Shown here piece after piece: positions 11,650-24,254 of a DNA stretch of 64,000 bases. Source of the stretch: Dicyema japonicum (taxonomy: Eukaryota; Animalia; Dicyemida); the NCBI GenBank assembly GCA_011109175.1, contig RDEW01000007.1:247712-311711 (forward strand), given 5' to 3'. Within the stretch, counting starts at the first letter, position 1. Each line of letters opens with the position of its first letter. The notes beneath the pieces were generated by a model. That model made no database searches, was not told the DNA's origin, and worked only from the letters and a program-made list of their open reading frames with translations. The position numbers and the translations under genes are program-made.

Positions 11650-14600
11650 TTTAAAAAATTAAACAGATCTTTTGTGGAATTGATCCTGAGGCTCAAAAGA
11701 AACGGAGTGTACGTGAAAAGGCCTCACATTTTTATGTTTAGAAACGATAAGTTTAATTCTGACTAAAATTTAGACTTTTCTTGAAAGAAAAGACAAAAAG
11801 TTGAAATCTGGTTGGAGTGAAACTAACTACACTAGTTGGTGAAAGGTGCCGAATGTGGGAGTCGTTAAGCTCCTGTGAGGCATAGGTACTCTGGCTACCT
11901 TGCCAAAAGGAAGATTTATTAAATGCGGAAAATCTCACTTGTTGCTAGGATTCAAAAATGAGGACGACGCTTCTGCTTTCGAAGTGAGGTCAATACTAAG
12001 GTACCTTTAGGGCTCGGGGGCACATAACATGTCACGGGTCATTCCTAAGGCTTTGGATTCAATAGTGCTAGTCTTCGGAGTCCTTCTGGACTTCGTAGAT
12101 GATAATGTAGTCGAACACAGCAAGAAGGATTCTACAAGCGGGGGGAGGAGAATACAGACCATGAAGGTTTGGCTTCGCTCTGGAGTAGAGGTAGAGAGTA
12201 TTTGCCTCGAGAAATTACGCACTGGTTACTAGGTTTGGTGTGGCCCGAGATCGACCGGTAGCAACCCAGTGCTACAAATGCCAGGGATTCGGCCACACCA
12301 GCTCCCGATGCACTTATAAAGAGAAGTGCCTAAATTTCGAGAGTCCACATTCCCGGAAGGCCTGTCAATATAGAGTCAGGTCCCTCATGTGTGTGAACTG
12401 TGGCGTGGAAGGACACAGGGCAAGCCATACCATGTGCCCCTGTATCAAATGGCAACGGAAGAGGTACCACAGGGGAGAAGGCAGGCGCCCTCCTCCGGAG
12501 TGACCTGCGATGTAAGCCCTGTTCACCTGCGTGGTAAGTCGATACTGTAGCAGCACAGGTTCAACGTTTCCTAACGCGCGTAGGGACATTGCGCTCTGCG
12601 ATAGGAAGGTAAATACTCCGAAGTGATGTTGCGCATCATTTTGGTTAATGCTATGTCCCTCCGGAGAAGAAAGAAGGCTATCGAGGATCTTCTGGACTTA
12701 CTGGAGGTCGATCTTGGTCCTCAACCAGAACAAATGTAGGGATACGGCTGCTGCAGACTTTAAAGGCTATACTAGTTGTCATCTCTTGTGGAATGACACA
12801 CATCGAGGTTCGGGCACTAGTATCTAGGGGAGAACGAGTCTAGCAGCAGTCGTCCAAGGTTTTTCTCAGTGCCCCCATCGCGAGCTCTTATTTACACGCG
12901 TTAGGCTGTCTAGTTTATTGTAGTCATAGGGGCAATGTATGTTAAGCAGTTGGGTTGTGTAAGGAGCACATTAAAACTGCATTCGACATCCCCATTGTGT
13001 TATTTTTGGCGATCTGAATGCTAACATTCGGATTTTGGCTGTGTTAGTAACAATAGGGCTGGATCTGCACTCCGAGACCTAGCGTGGGATCTTGGGCTCT
13101 CAGTAACTACATCGACCGACCCCAACCACAAGGACACACGAGGAGAAGACTACTTGGGTATGGCCGTAGCCACCCCATCATTAATTGGTATGTTTTCTGT
13201 AACTCGCGTTCTTAACGACATTAGAAGCCATCACCGTCCACTTCTAACAGAGTTTCACGAACCTGTTCGTTCTCAGCCCCAATTGGCTATGAATTGGGAT
13301 CTGCCATTTGGATAACGTGGATTCGTTCATGGATAGAAAACACCTTTCTCTCAAAGGGCAAATTTGTAGTGAAGAGGATGTGGAAGAATTGGATGCCACC
13401 TTGGATGGTGTCCTTGAAGAATACATGCGGACTAACATCCGGTTACGTCCGCATGGTGAAGACTTCGCACGGATTCCAGGCCTGATTTTGAGCAAAATAA
13501 CACTTAGAAAGAGGTACCTGCGATACCGTGCGAAATGCACTTATGAGGAGAACAGGATCTTCTATCAGAGGAAGGCGAAAACGTTGAGAAGGGAAATCAG
13601 GAAGGCGCTCGTTGACTTCTAGAGCAACAAATGGAGGAAATCTTGCGAGAAGGTGAACCCGGCATGGACAGACAGATGTAGTCAACTGAAGAGCCTGTCG
13701 GGGAGAGGGGAAAGAGTCTGCGCGTACCTGTGTCTGCGTTGGTTCTAAAACCTGACCCGCTGAAATAGCGAGCATCTTTGCAGGTAGCTTTGGGCAGTAC
13801 TGCAGTTCGACCGGAGAAATTCGTCGAAATGTCTGCTGCCAAAGTATGAGGACGTCATCTCTACGGAGAGGCGCAAGCGGAGCTACTCTCGGGGAATCCG
13901 AACATGACATTAATAACTGAGGAGGAGGTCCGGGCCGCGATCATAAAATCGAAGAACAACGCAACGGGCCAGGACAAGATTTCCATGGCCCTTTTCAAGA
14001 AAGGACCTGCAAGTCTCGTGACTTTGGTAAGGTTGTTCAAAGGTAGCTTACAGGTTGGGTTACCTTCCTAGGCGTTGAAAGAAAGCAGAACTGGTTTTTA
14101 TAAGGAAACCAGGAAAACCTCCTGAAGACCCTAGTAGCTACCGCCCTATAAGCTTGTTACCTGCCGTTGCTAAAATCTTAGAGTGAGTGATACACCAGAG
14201 GTTAACCCAGGAATGCATAATAAGAAACACCCTCTCGGACCTTCAGATGGGATTCCGTGAGGGGCATTCTTGTGGGGACTGCCTTTGGAGGTTGAGCTCT
14301 CAGATTCGTGAAAGGAGTAAAAAGCAGTGCACAGCCGCGCTGTTCCTGGATGTGGAAAAGGCGTTCGACTCGGTCTGGCATGACGGCCTCCGATGCGCCT
14401 TTGTAGAAGGAGGAATTTCTCTGGAACTAAGGAGCTGGTTATCAAGCTTCTTAGAGGATCGGATGAACTACGTAAGGCATAAAGGTTGCCGATCTAGTTT
14501 GTTTAGATCTAACCGGGGAGTTCCACAAGGGTCGGTTCTAAGCCCTACCCTATTCAATATATATCTGTCTACACTCCCCACCCAGCCAATGTGAGGACGG

Positions 14601-15250
14601 AGATGGCTGTCTATGCGGACGACATAGTACTCTGGGATCACTCGTGGAAACCAGATGTGGCGTGTCGGAGGATTCAAGTCGCTGTCAATGAAATCATACG
14701 CTGGTGTGGGAGCAGAGGACTCAGGCTGAGACCTGAAAAATGCAAGTTATTAGTTTTTGGCCGCCCTAAGCGGTCTAATAATTTAATACCTAGAGTAACC
14801 ATCTATGGGGTAACTATAGAGGTTACTGGGCGGACGAGCTACCTTGGAGTGACATTCAAATCCAAGTGTAGTTTCGAGGAGCACACCGCCCTCGTTAAGA
14901 GGCGGCCTGTGCAAAGACTAGGAGCGTTGAGGGCTTTTCAGCTGAGTCGTGATGTCTGGGCCAAAGTGTTCAACGTCATAGTGCTGCTTATGCTCACTTA
15001 TGGCGCGCACTCCTGGTATTGCAGCAAGGAACGCGAAAAGTGTCTCACCAACTTGAGGACGGTTTGGCGGCGGGCAATAGGGTATTCTCTAGGAATGTCT
15101 TATAGAGCGCCGCTGCCGAAAGAGGATACCCTGAAGGACCCGGAGGAAGTGATCAAAAAGATTTAAATTAAAGCTAAACAAGGAGGCACTGGGAAGACAT
15201 AGGAGATGGCACGAAAACGCTGCCGCAAGGCGGTGAAAAAGTCCTAAGTT
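11650..15250 (+). mobile_element. I/Jockey-like LINE, near full length, decayed (ORF1 gag zinc knuckles, APE, RT)
   Basis: CYKCQGFGHTSSRC and CVNCGVEGH at 12270-12450, APE remnants at 12630-13240, LFLDVEKAFDSVWHDGL, GVPQGSVLSPTLFNIY, YADD at about 14611. Confidence 0.85.
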
Positions 15251-15315
15251 AAGTTCTTCCCTAATTACTATCTATTTGTTTGACTAATAAAAAATTTTTC
15301 ATTCATTCATGATTT

Positions 15316-15500
15316 GTCGCTTCTCTGCCATTTGGCTAAGATCAAAGTGTAGTATCTGTTCTTTCCAGCTTTATATCGGGGACGCCCTTAAAAGGGGCAA
15401 GAGATAATGCTTATTTTTGTAACTTGGTGTGTGTTGCGAAGCTTGCTTCCGCCATACCGCACGTCCTCCCAGTATTGCAGTACTTCTAGGTTGGGCGCAT
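15316..15500 (+). ncRNA. U2: U2 spliceosomal snRNA
   Basis: GTCGCTTCTCTGCCATTTGGCTAAGATCAAAGTGTAGTATCTGTTCTT with the GTAGTA branch-recognition sequence. Stem IIb GCCCTT/AAGGGGC, Sm site TATTTTTG at 15412, stem III with the CTTG loop, stem IV loop TATTGCAGTA. Confidence 0.95.
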
Positions 15501-16349
15501 GGCCCCTTTCGGGGTCTCTTGAATTTCATTATGTACCATAGCGAGAGACATTTAATAGATTGAATAGCAGAGCCACTTACTCTTATTCCTTATCACTTCA
15601 CTCATTATTACTCTGTTAGCATTCAATTGAATGACCACACGACATGGCAGTTCAACAACCTGGGCGAAAGCAGAGGTAGACTCTTCATCCGAGATCTTCA
15701 TACTGTGTTTGATCTCTCGATAGCCAATATAACTGATTAGAACTAAGTCCTCGTTGTTCCTTCAATATAGCTTAAGTTTATGAGTTATGATTGAAACCCT
15801 CACTTTTTTTTCGTAATTATTGACTGATTCATAAAAACTCTAACTCTCAACAAAAGAAGTATATCCTTGTCCAAATTCTTTCCTACTCCAAATTGGAGTC
15901 CTTGGAGAATCATCTGTCTAAAGCAGCAACCATGTAATGGTAGTTAATATGATTTATGTTGATAATCATAAATATCATGAACTTAGTAGATATAAGACTT
16001 TTTTGTATTATGAATGACCACAGTTGAAAAATTCCCCAAGGTAAAAAAGAGTAATTTAACCTTTTGATGCAATTCTGGCACTATGCGCCTTCTAAGCAGG
16101 TAAATCACATGTCATGATGATAATAATGAAATGAAGGAACTGAGGAAATTTAAGAAACCCTTGACCAAGTAACCAGGAGGATCATATGCACAGATCATAG
16201 TAACCACTAATTATAAAACTTCATGAAACTCTTGGGACCGGGATAGTCTATTAAATGAAAACTAACCATGAAGTCATGGATAAATGTAGGATGTGATTTT
16301 TTAACTGAGGAGACGTAATCAACTCGTAAAATGAATTATTCCATATCAC

Positions 16350-18625
16350 CAGTTTGGTTAAAAAATTAAGAGTTTGAGCTGATGATTTAGCTCTATAGGA
16401 CTAAATATTTTGATATTCCTGTAACGGACGTAATCCATCTTTCATTCTGACTATGTAGTCAAATGACTGACTCGGAGACATCGATACAACATGCCCACGA
16501 AATAAAATCACACTACATCAATATTATGGGGTTCATATCCTATTAATCTTATATTTGGACAAATATTAAGGTTGACTCCAATATTTATCCTCTGTTCATA
16601 CAACTTGTTGAGACTAGGCTTTTGAATCAAGTAAAAATTGTACAGAGATTGTAGTAGTGACTACATTTTGCCCCAAATGTCCCTCCTTCAAGCCAATACA
16701 CAAACGTGTTAGGCGTAGAATCGGATGATCACAACTACATGGCCAACTTCTTTGGATCTTACAAATCAGGTATTCCAGAGATGTCGATAAGAACCACTTT
16801 TTCCCAAAAGTACATCCTCCTTTTCTGATAGCATTTGTTCCCACGAGCTACTTGTGGGTAGTTTTTATGTAGACTGGTTTCCGATCCTTCATTACCACGA
16901 GAGACTTTTCTAATGACGTCCGTTAAAATAATTTAAAAATTAATTTTTAATAAAATTATTTTTTGTAGAATTCAAAGCTAATAAATATAACAACGACTGT
17001 CTTATATTTAACTGAAAATGTTACACAAGAAAATTTATTTATTTATTATTGGAGCATTCATTTGCTGGAGGTTATTACAAATTAACAGGCCATTGAGAGT
17101 ATCGCCGGTAGTTCTGAGTCGTTTATAATATTTATCTCACTAGTTCCCGGTTATGGAGGCTCAAAATTATACGCTAAACTGAATGGTTCGAAAAGCAGAG
17201 TATCTTCTGTAAGCCAAAAACCGACAACTACCGACTATTATGGGTTTCCTTACGTGACTTCATCCCAATTTTAGAGAAATGTGCCTTTTACATTTTACGG
17301 TACGAACATTTTGCGCTACCAGACTTCGGTGAAACAATTTAACTCCCATGAATCAGTCTAGGGTAAGGATAAAGATCGGAACCTTCGGGGATTCTAATTC
17401 CGTGGAATGTCTCAATGACTCAAAATACGGTGAATTTCGCATTATTCGCAGCTTTAAAGTATACCGGCTATTTTTCTTGGATTATTGACAATTTAACAGC
17501 TTCTCTTTCATATGAAAAAAATAGGAAACTATTTGGAATTCCTTTCGACTTCAGGCTGGACCCTGGTTTTCTTGGATAAAATTAATTTGATCATTTGAGT
17601 GACGTATTTCAGCGCTTGAAAAACTTTATTGATAATAAATACGAGTCACTGGGAATTCTATTTACTCTCCTGGACCACAGTTATGGGTGCATCATCACGA
17701 CCCATTTTCTATCGATTCAGTCGGTTTCTTGGAGGAGGAAGTACATCAGAAGGTTTATTAGCATTTCGGGTCCATATAACGGTTCCATTGATTCTGTTAG
17801 AGCCATTCTTATTGGTTAGCGGGATTGTTAACTTCAGGGATCAATCTGAGAATTCCGATGAATAGAAAACTCACCAGGGACACTATTAGAACATTTCCAA
17901 ACACATTAACTCTTTTCCAGACTTTTTGAGACCCTGTTACGGTCTCGGGTGTGAAATATGGATATGATCAGTTGGATGTTATCATTAAGGTATTTATTTG
18001 TGAGAGTTTTGAATTTGAATGGGGAAGACGTAGAGGGCATGTTGGAAATAAGGAGCAAATACGAAGGCTTCTTGAGTAGTCTTCGAGTTTTTGAAGATGT
18101 TGAGCTTCACCGCTTATAATCCACTGGAATTAAAACTGATAATTCATTTTCGTTGTATTATACGTTAAACAAAGTTATGATTCGTAGAGTGACTTCCCGT
18201 CATTCCCCAAAACTGATTACACCGATGGAGACGGGACGATTGGAACATCAAGTCTGGCTGAGTGTGGCACACGACACCACTGGGCCACAGTGAAAGAATT
18301 TACCAACACGGAGCATTTCGAAATCCTCTGTGACCCGTCCGTTATTAATTATATTAACGATATATTGACTAAGACTTAAAATAAATAATTCCTTTATTCC
18401 CAACTACTGCTTTAAAATAATTCAAATTTAATATGTCACATGGGCGACTTGAAGCCTATGGGCAACTTATGGTAACTAGAGATATACCACTTAATATGAC
18501 TTTCTTGTAACTATTATAAAAACAACATTTAACTAATTCATTAATTCTAAATAAAAAATTAATCTAAACTGTATTAATTAAATGGCTAACCTGATTTCTT
18601 TTAATTTTAACAGCACGGCTTTAGT
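16350..18625 (+). repeat. Segmental duplication A, copy 2
   Basis: Paralog of 7694-9943 joined directly to 11570-11610, i.e. without the RTE insertion. Confidence 0.9.
17018..18379 (+). pseudogene. LCAT/PLA2G15-family paralog, probably pseudogenised
   Basis: Same exon structure as 8364-9725. Carries nonsense substitutions (TGG>TGA near 17329, GGA>TGA near 17925) and a non-homopolymer deletion near 17188. Confidence 0.7.
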
Positions 18626-18679
18626 ATTTCTCCTCCATAGACAAAGCTGTATACCATTTCAACAAAACTATCATTGACG

Positions 18680-19000
18680 GGGGAAATATTTTTATCAGAA
18701 AAGCATATATAAAAACGAAAAATTGAAATACGACTCAAAAACAAAGAAAATAATTACGGAAAGAAACAACCTTAAGAAAATGATACATCGTTCACGAGAG
18801 GTTATTAATTGAATCAGGTCACTAAACATTTTTATCACGAAAAGCACAAACAACACCCAAAGGAAGAAACTCATGCGAATCTCTGCTGCCATGAATAACC
18901 AGACCTCAATTTCCAACATGTGGAAGATGTTGAGGCATCTGAAGAACCCAGAATACGAAGATAACAAAGAACAATGCCAGCTCAATCTGAATAAATATAT
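18680..19000 (+). mobile_element. LINE linker-region remnant
   Basis: KLMRISAAMNNQTSISNMWKMLRHLK resembles the EN-RT linker of the other LINEs in this window. Confidence 0.35.
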
Positions 19001-20089
19001 GAAACATTGTATTCGAATCAGTCACATTCCTTATAAAAAGATTAACACACATACAAAAATAAAGAGAAAGCCATCCAAATGGCTATCCATCGTATGCTAA
19101 AAGGATATGCAAACGCGCTTAGGATGTTGCGTTGTGCTACAGAAAAAAAATGCGCCGAAAGTAATTTTCAAATTAATGTATAGGTTGAATTTTCTGATGG
19201 AAGAAGATGAATTTGGTGGCTAGCCATATGTGTTGGACGAAATATATAAATGAAGATGTTTATTTCTATAATTTAAGTAAATATTCTTCTACTGGTTTTT
19301 TTTAAATTATTCATTTTAACGTAATTGCCGAAAATGATACTGAGATAAAAAGTGACAATTCAGATGGTAGTTAATATTCGCAATATATAGAATAGATTTA
19401 AATTTTGCTTATATTTTCCGCCCACCAATGTGACATCTCCATATTTCCAAAAAATGATCCGGAAAATGGGAGTTCATCAATCAAAACATTCATTCAAAAT
19501 TGGAGATAAAGTAAACTCAAATTATTCTAAATTGTAGATAAGGATTCAAAAGTACTATGGTACCAATCCCTCACTTGCACACAAGAAATTTAAAGTGCAT
19601 ACGGAGAAGTTTGTAAAATAACTGCAATCCTCCCGCATTAATATGGTCAAAGTTCAAATGGTTGATGGAACCACGAATAAGACACTTATGAAAAAAATAA
19701 AATAAAATAAATTGTCCTGATTGTTCGTTAATAAAAAAACTAGTTCTTAAAAAAATTTTATAAACAGAAAAGGACTTATAACTCAGCCATACCATGATTT
19801 TTTGATGTTTAAAACAATAATATTGTAGCGAACCTTAAATTTCCTTTCAAACTGTACAGATGGAACATTCAAACAGACAGAATTTGCGAATACAAATACA
19901 TTTCTGCTATAATACATTTCTGTCTTACAAATCGACATAAATTTCTACTTTTTAATGATTTGTGAAGCATCTTGAATTTTTCCTATTTGTAAAAAATATC
20001 AATTAGAATCTTAAAAATGTTATTTTTATTTAAGAAATAGTTTTTAAAGCACAGTCTAGTACTAAAATCAAAAAGACTAAATCTGGAGA

Positions 20090-23000
20090 GGTCTTAAAGG
20101 AGAATTATGTTGAAAACGATGACTACCTCTGGAAAGGTTTTAAAGAATAGCTGTATTGAAAATGTTAAGGATATGTCTCTGAAGCCTCCTTTTGAATACT
20201 CTGGGAATGCTTTTATACAAATCACTGTTATGTCAAAATCTCCAACTTACTGTACTCGTTCGACCCGACAGGGTCTATCAGATTGAGCCACAAAGGCTCC
20301 GGTATCTTCCGCCTCGAATTCATGAAGGAGGAGGACAAAAGGAACTTTTGTGAACATGTGAATGCCACTTCACCTTTTGGTCTTGGAAACCATTGTTTCA
20401 GTGAAATCCGAGTGAAACCGTCCGAAATTGTGTTGAAGAACTTGCCATTTTGGGTTGATGATAACGACCTTCATGAATTTGTAAAGAAATAGCTCCCTCT
20501 ACTACAAGTATATGTCGTTTCTACAAGGGAGATAGGAGACTCCCTTTTGCAAAAGTTCTAGTTGGATCAAGGGCGGAGGCTACATCGCTTGTCCGTCTTG
20601 GTTTCAACATTGCACACGTGCCGATTACATGTGAATGGTACAGAAGAGGTCCACCTATATGTTTCAAATGCCAACGCTATGGACACATATCTTCCTTCTG
20701 TAAGGAGAAGACAAGATGTCTCCGTTGTGCAAGGGAACACGACTTGACTGCTTGTGGAGAGACTCCTGGGAACACAATGAATTGTATAAATTGTGGCTCG
20801 TCCTCACATTGTGCCAGATATGGTGGATGCCCAGCCGCCAAGAAATCTGATCAGAGGAAGCTACTAAAGGCGATGGACAGGCGATAATAAGCGATATTGG
20901 GAAACGTGGACAGCAAAGACAGTTATGTCAAAGTCGGATTTGAAGAAGCAAGGTCACCTAAATGTTTGAAGCAAGGACTAAAAATAGTGCTAGTGAATGC
21001 CCGATCCCTAGGGAAAAGGCATAATAAACTAGCACTACTTGCGAGGGCCTCCAAGATCGACATCTTGGTGGTAAATGAGACGAAATTAAAGAAAGCAAAG
21101 AGTAATATAATGACTGGATACAATTCTGTGGACATTTTATGGAAGGCTGGAGCAGTTGCTGGTACGGGAACGTCTATTTTCTACCGGGACTGCCTCCGAA
21201 TTCGTAATCCAAAAGTCGTTTGTGATGTATTGTGTGAATTTGTAAGCATGGACGTTTGTTGCGACGGAGTATGGATTAGTGTTGGAGGTCTATACTCCAA
21301 GAATCTTGAGACTTGTTATACAGATATCACTGAGTTCTACAACAAGAATCCCTATACTATCGTAATTGGGGATCTTAATTCGAAGAACACTAGTTATGGT
21401 TGTATCAAGACAAATCAGGATGGACGACGTTTGGAATTATTGTCTGATTCACGTTGCTTTGTGATCCTTACGTCGGATGACCCAAATCATTTTTCTTATC
21501 ATGGTGGCGACAAACTCGGCGTATTCCTAGTATCGCCAGCTCTATCTGTGTATGTGGGAAAGCCAAAAACTCTATGGGATATCGTGAGTGACCATATTCC
21601 ACAAGAATTAGTTATCACTTTGAGACCAGATGTTATGGAAGATGTCTTCTTGAGGTTCAACATTTCTAACTTGGATTGGGCCCACTATAGGGTCTTCATA
21701 TCCAATAATTTGTGTGTTCTACCGAGAGAGTTTTCAATCATAGAAGGTATCAATGCTGCAAGTAGAGAATTAACAAATCTACTGCAGTCATATCTTCATC
21801 TGTATTCACGAAGGGTTTTCTCAAAAAAATCATTATTTTGTGTCGCCAATTATTATGAGGCTTATTCGGGAGAGGAATCCTAAGGGCAAAGCAAAGACGT
21901 TGTGCTGACAAAATAGACGGGGAATTCATATCAGCCAGAATCAGGATGATGAAGGAAGCAATCAGCGATATATGGAAGGAGGATACTGATTGTATATGGA
22001 GGGCTGAGACTGCAAAAAATGATGTGAAGAATCCCTCTTTTTGGAAATGCTATCAGAAGATAATGTGTCCGAAGTCGGGTGCAGAAAAAATTATACTGGA
22101 TAAACCAGACGGGGGAGTATGCATAACGGAGGAAACACCTTCGATATTCAGGGATCAGCTCCAAAAAATTTAGGGTGTGGATTCGTGGAGTTTGATCCCT
22201 GATGACAAAAAAAAGGTGTCTGCCGATATATTTAAACACTCCGACGAGGAACTACCTATTGCTGATATCACTGTCAGCATCTTTCAATTGATGACAGCTA
22301 TCAGGGAATGCAAGGTCAATGCTCCAGGATATGACCACATATCAATGAAACTTATCAAAGAGGGTCCGGATATTTTGTTTGACTATCTGCAATGTCTTTA
22401 TGATGGGTGTGTGCGACTTGGCCACTTACCTTTAATATGGAAAAAAGCTGTTGTGAGGATGATTCCAAAACCAGGGAAGCCAAAGAGAGATCCGGCAAAC
22501 TACAGACTAATTAGCTTAATATGTTCTTTCGCGAAAGTGATTAAACGTATCATTTTCAAAAGGCTAAGCAGACATATAGAAGAAAACGACTTTCTGATTT
22601 CGGAGCAGTGGGGTTTTCGTCCCGGAAGAGGTTGTGCAGACTGTTTCTTTCTACTGAATTCTGAAATCATGAAAGCAAAGGATTCCAAGAGACAAATAAA
22701 CTTATTATGTCTTGATATCTCGAAAGCATTCGACAGTGTATGCCATGAAGCGTTGTTAAAGCAGCTTGTATCAGCATGTGTTCCAAGATACCTATTTGTT
22801 TGGCTAAGAAATTATCTTCAGGAAAGACAATCTTTTGTGAAGGTGTGTGGATATATATCTGATGCAATATCATTCAAAAGAGGAGTACCATAAAGTTCAG
22901 TATTGAGCCCTATTTTGTTTAATATATTCATGGCGAGTTTTCCACGTCCGAGGAATATTAATACTAGTCTTCTTATTTATGCGGATGACGTAATCGTGGT

Positions 23001-23615
23001 GAACACATCTCTAAAATCTTCTATATCTGAAGGAAGAATCCGGGAGTATGTCGACCAGATTGAGCATTGGTGCAACTTGAGAGGGCTAAAGCTCTCTGCT
23101 GAAAAATCTTGCGCACTCCGAATAAGCAATGTGAAAAAGCACCTGAAACAAGAATACACACTGGGGAGTAAACAATTCACACAGTCTGCGCTACCTGGGG
23201 GTCGACTATGGACACGCAGGAGATTAAATGGACGACATTAAGGGAGGAGAAAAAGAGCCTTTCAGTCGCTCTTATGTACACGGAAGTTACACGTTAGCCG
23301 TGACACTTACCTGTTTATCTTCAAGGGAGTTATCTCCCTAGCCTACTTTATGGGTGCGAGGGGTGGTTCTTCTCTCCGAAGAGGGACAAGATCTTATCCC
23401 TCCTAGAGAAGACTAGAAGAGCTGCAATCAAGCTCTCCTTAAACAAGAAACTGAAAGACTGTCTAAACGAGGACGAAAACAAGCTCCTGGAACCGATTAG
23501 CAAGATTGTGGAGAATCGGATCAATGGTTTCAGGAGGAGATCAAAGGTCCAGGACAAATACATAAAGCTGGAAGAATAAAGATTAAAAAGCTCGGAGAAA
23601 CGTTCCGAAAAAGAT
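20090..23615 (+). mobile_element. I/Jockey-like LINE, near full length (ORF1 with three Cys knuckles, ORF2 APE-RT), with stops
   Basis: CFKCQRYGHISSFC, CLRCAREHDLTAC and CINCGSSSH in ORF1. IVLVNARSL..VVNETKL, IVIGDLN and VSDH in APE. LCLDISKAFD, GVP*SSVLSP and YADD (about 22977) in RT. A-rich tail. Confidence 0.9.
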
Positions 23616-23879
23616 TAATAATAAAAAAAGGAGGAAGGGTCCAGGTGTGGAGTCCAAGCCTTATGGTAGGACTCAGATGTAATACCCTCCAGAAATCTCC
23701 TTGTAACCACCTAGGCTCGGTAACACCCTAGGTTCGTGACATATTACGTAATGTCCACCCTCCGTATATATGCTGATCGGCAAACTATGACATACGAAGC
23801 GACCATAATCCCATTCTGATCAAGATCAATTGTACACCAATGCCGCTCTCAAAACACGTCATTTTTAAGACTACATTAA

Positions 23880-24240
23880 TGCAGACTGGACAGGATTCAG
23901 AAGATGCGTGGATTCGTCCCTATTGAATTTCCACTCCACAGGGGGACGATAACGTATCATCAACGTATGCGGATGGTATAGTCATTGCTTCGAGGGATGC
24001 GAGTATTATCGAAGCAACGAGACGAGTACAAGACAATCAGAATAAACTAAGTTTATGGCTTTGGGAAAATCAATTGACTGCTAGCGCGGAGAAGTCGGTG
24101 TTGACCTTATTCCAAACAGAAAACTAGGGAAAGTATCAATTGACGTCACACTGGATGGAAGAATATCCCGCAAAACAAATATCATAAAATTCTGGGAGTT
24201 ACTTTTGACACCTTCCTAATCTTTGCATAACATGTTTAAA
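23880..24240 (+). mobile_element. Degenerate LINE RT fragment
   Basis: STYADGIVIASRD...KLSLWLWENQLTASAEKSVLTLF, and ILGVTFDT. Confidence 0.55.
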
Positions 24241-24254
24241 ATATGTTATTGACT

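Noticed and set aside
19150-20030. AT-rich region with short ORFs (e.g. 19571-19795 minus)
   Set aside because: No recognisable motif, splice pattern or repeat partner in the window.
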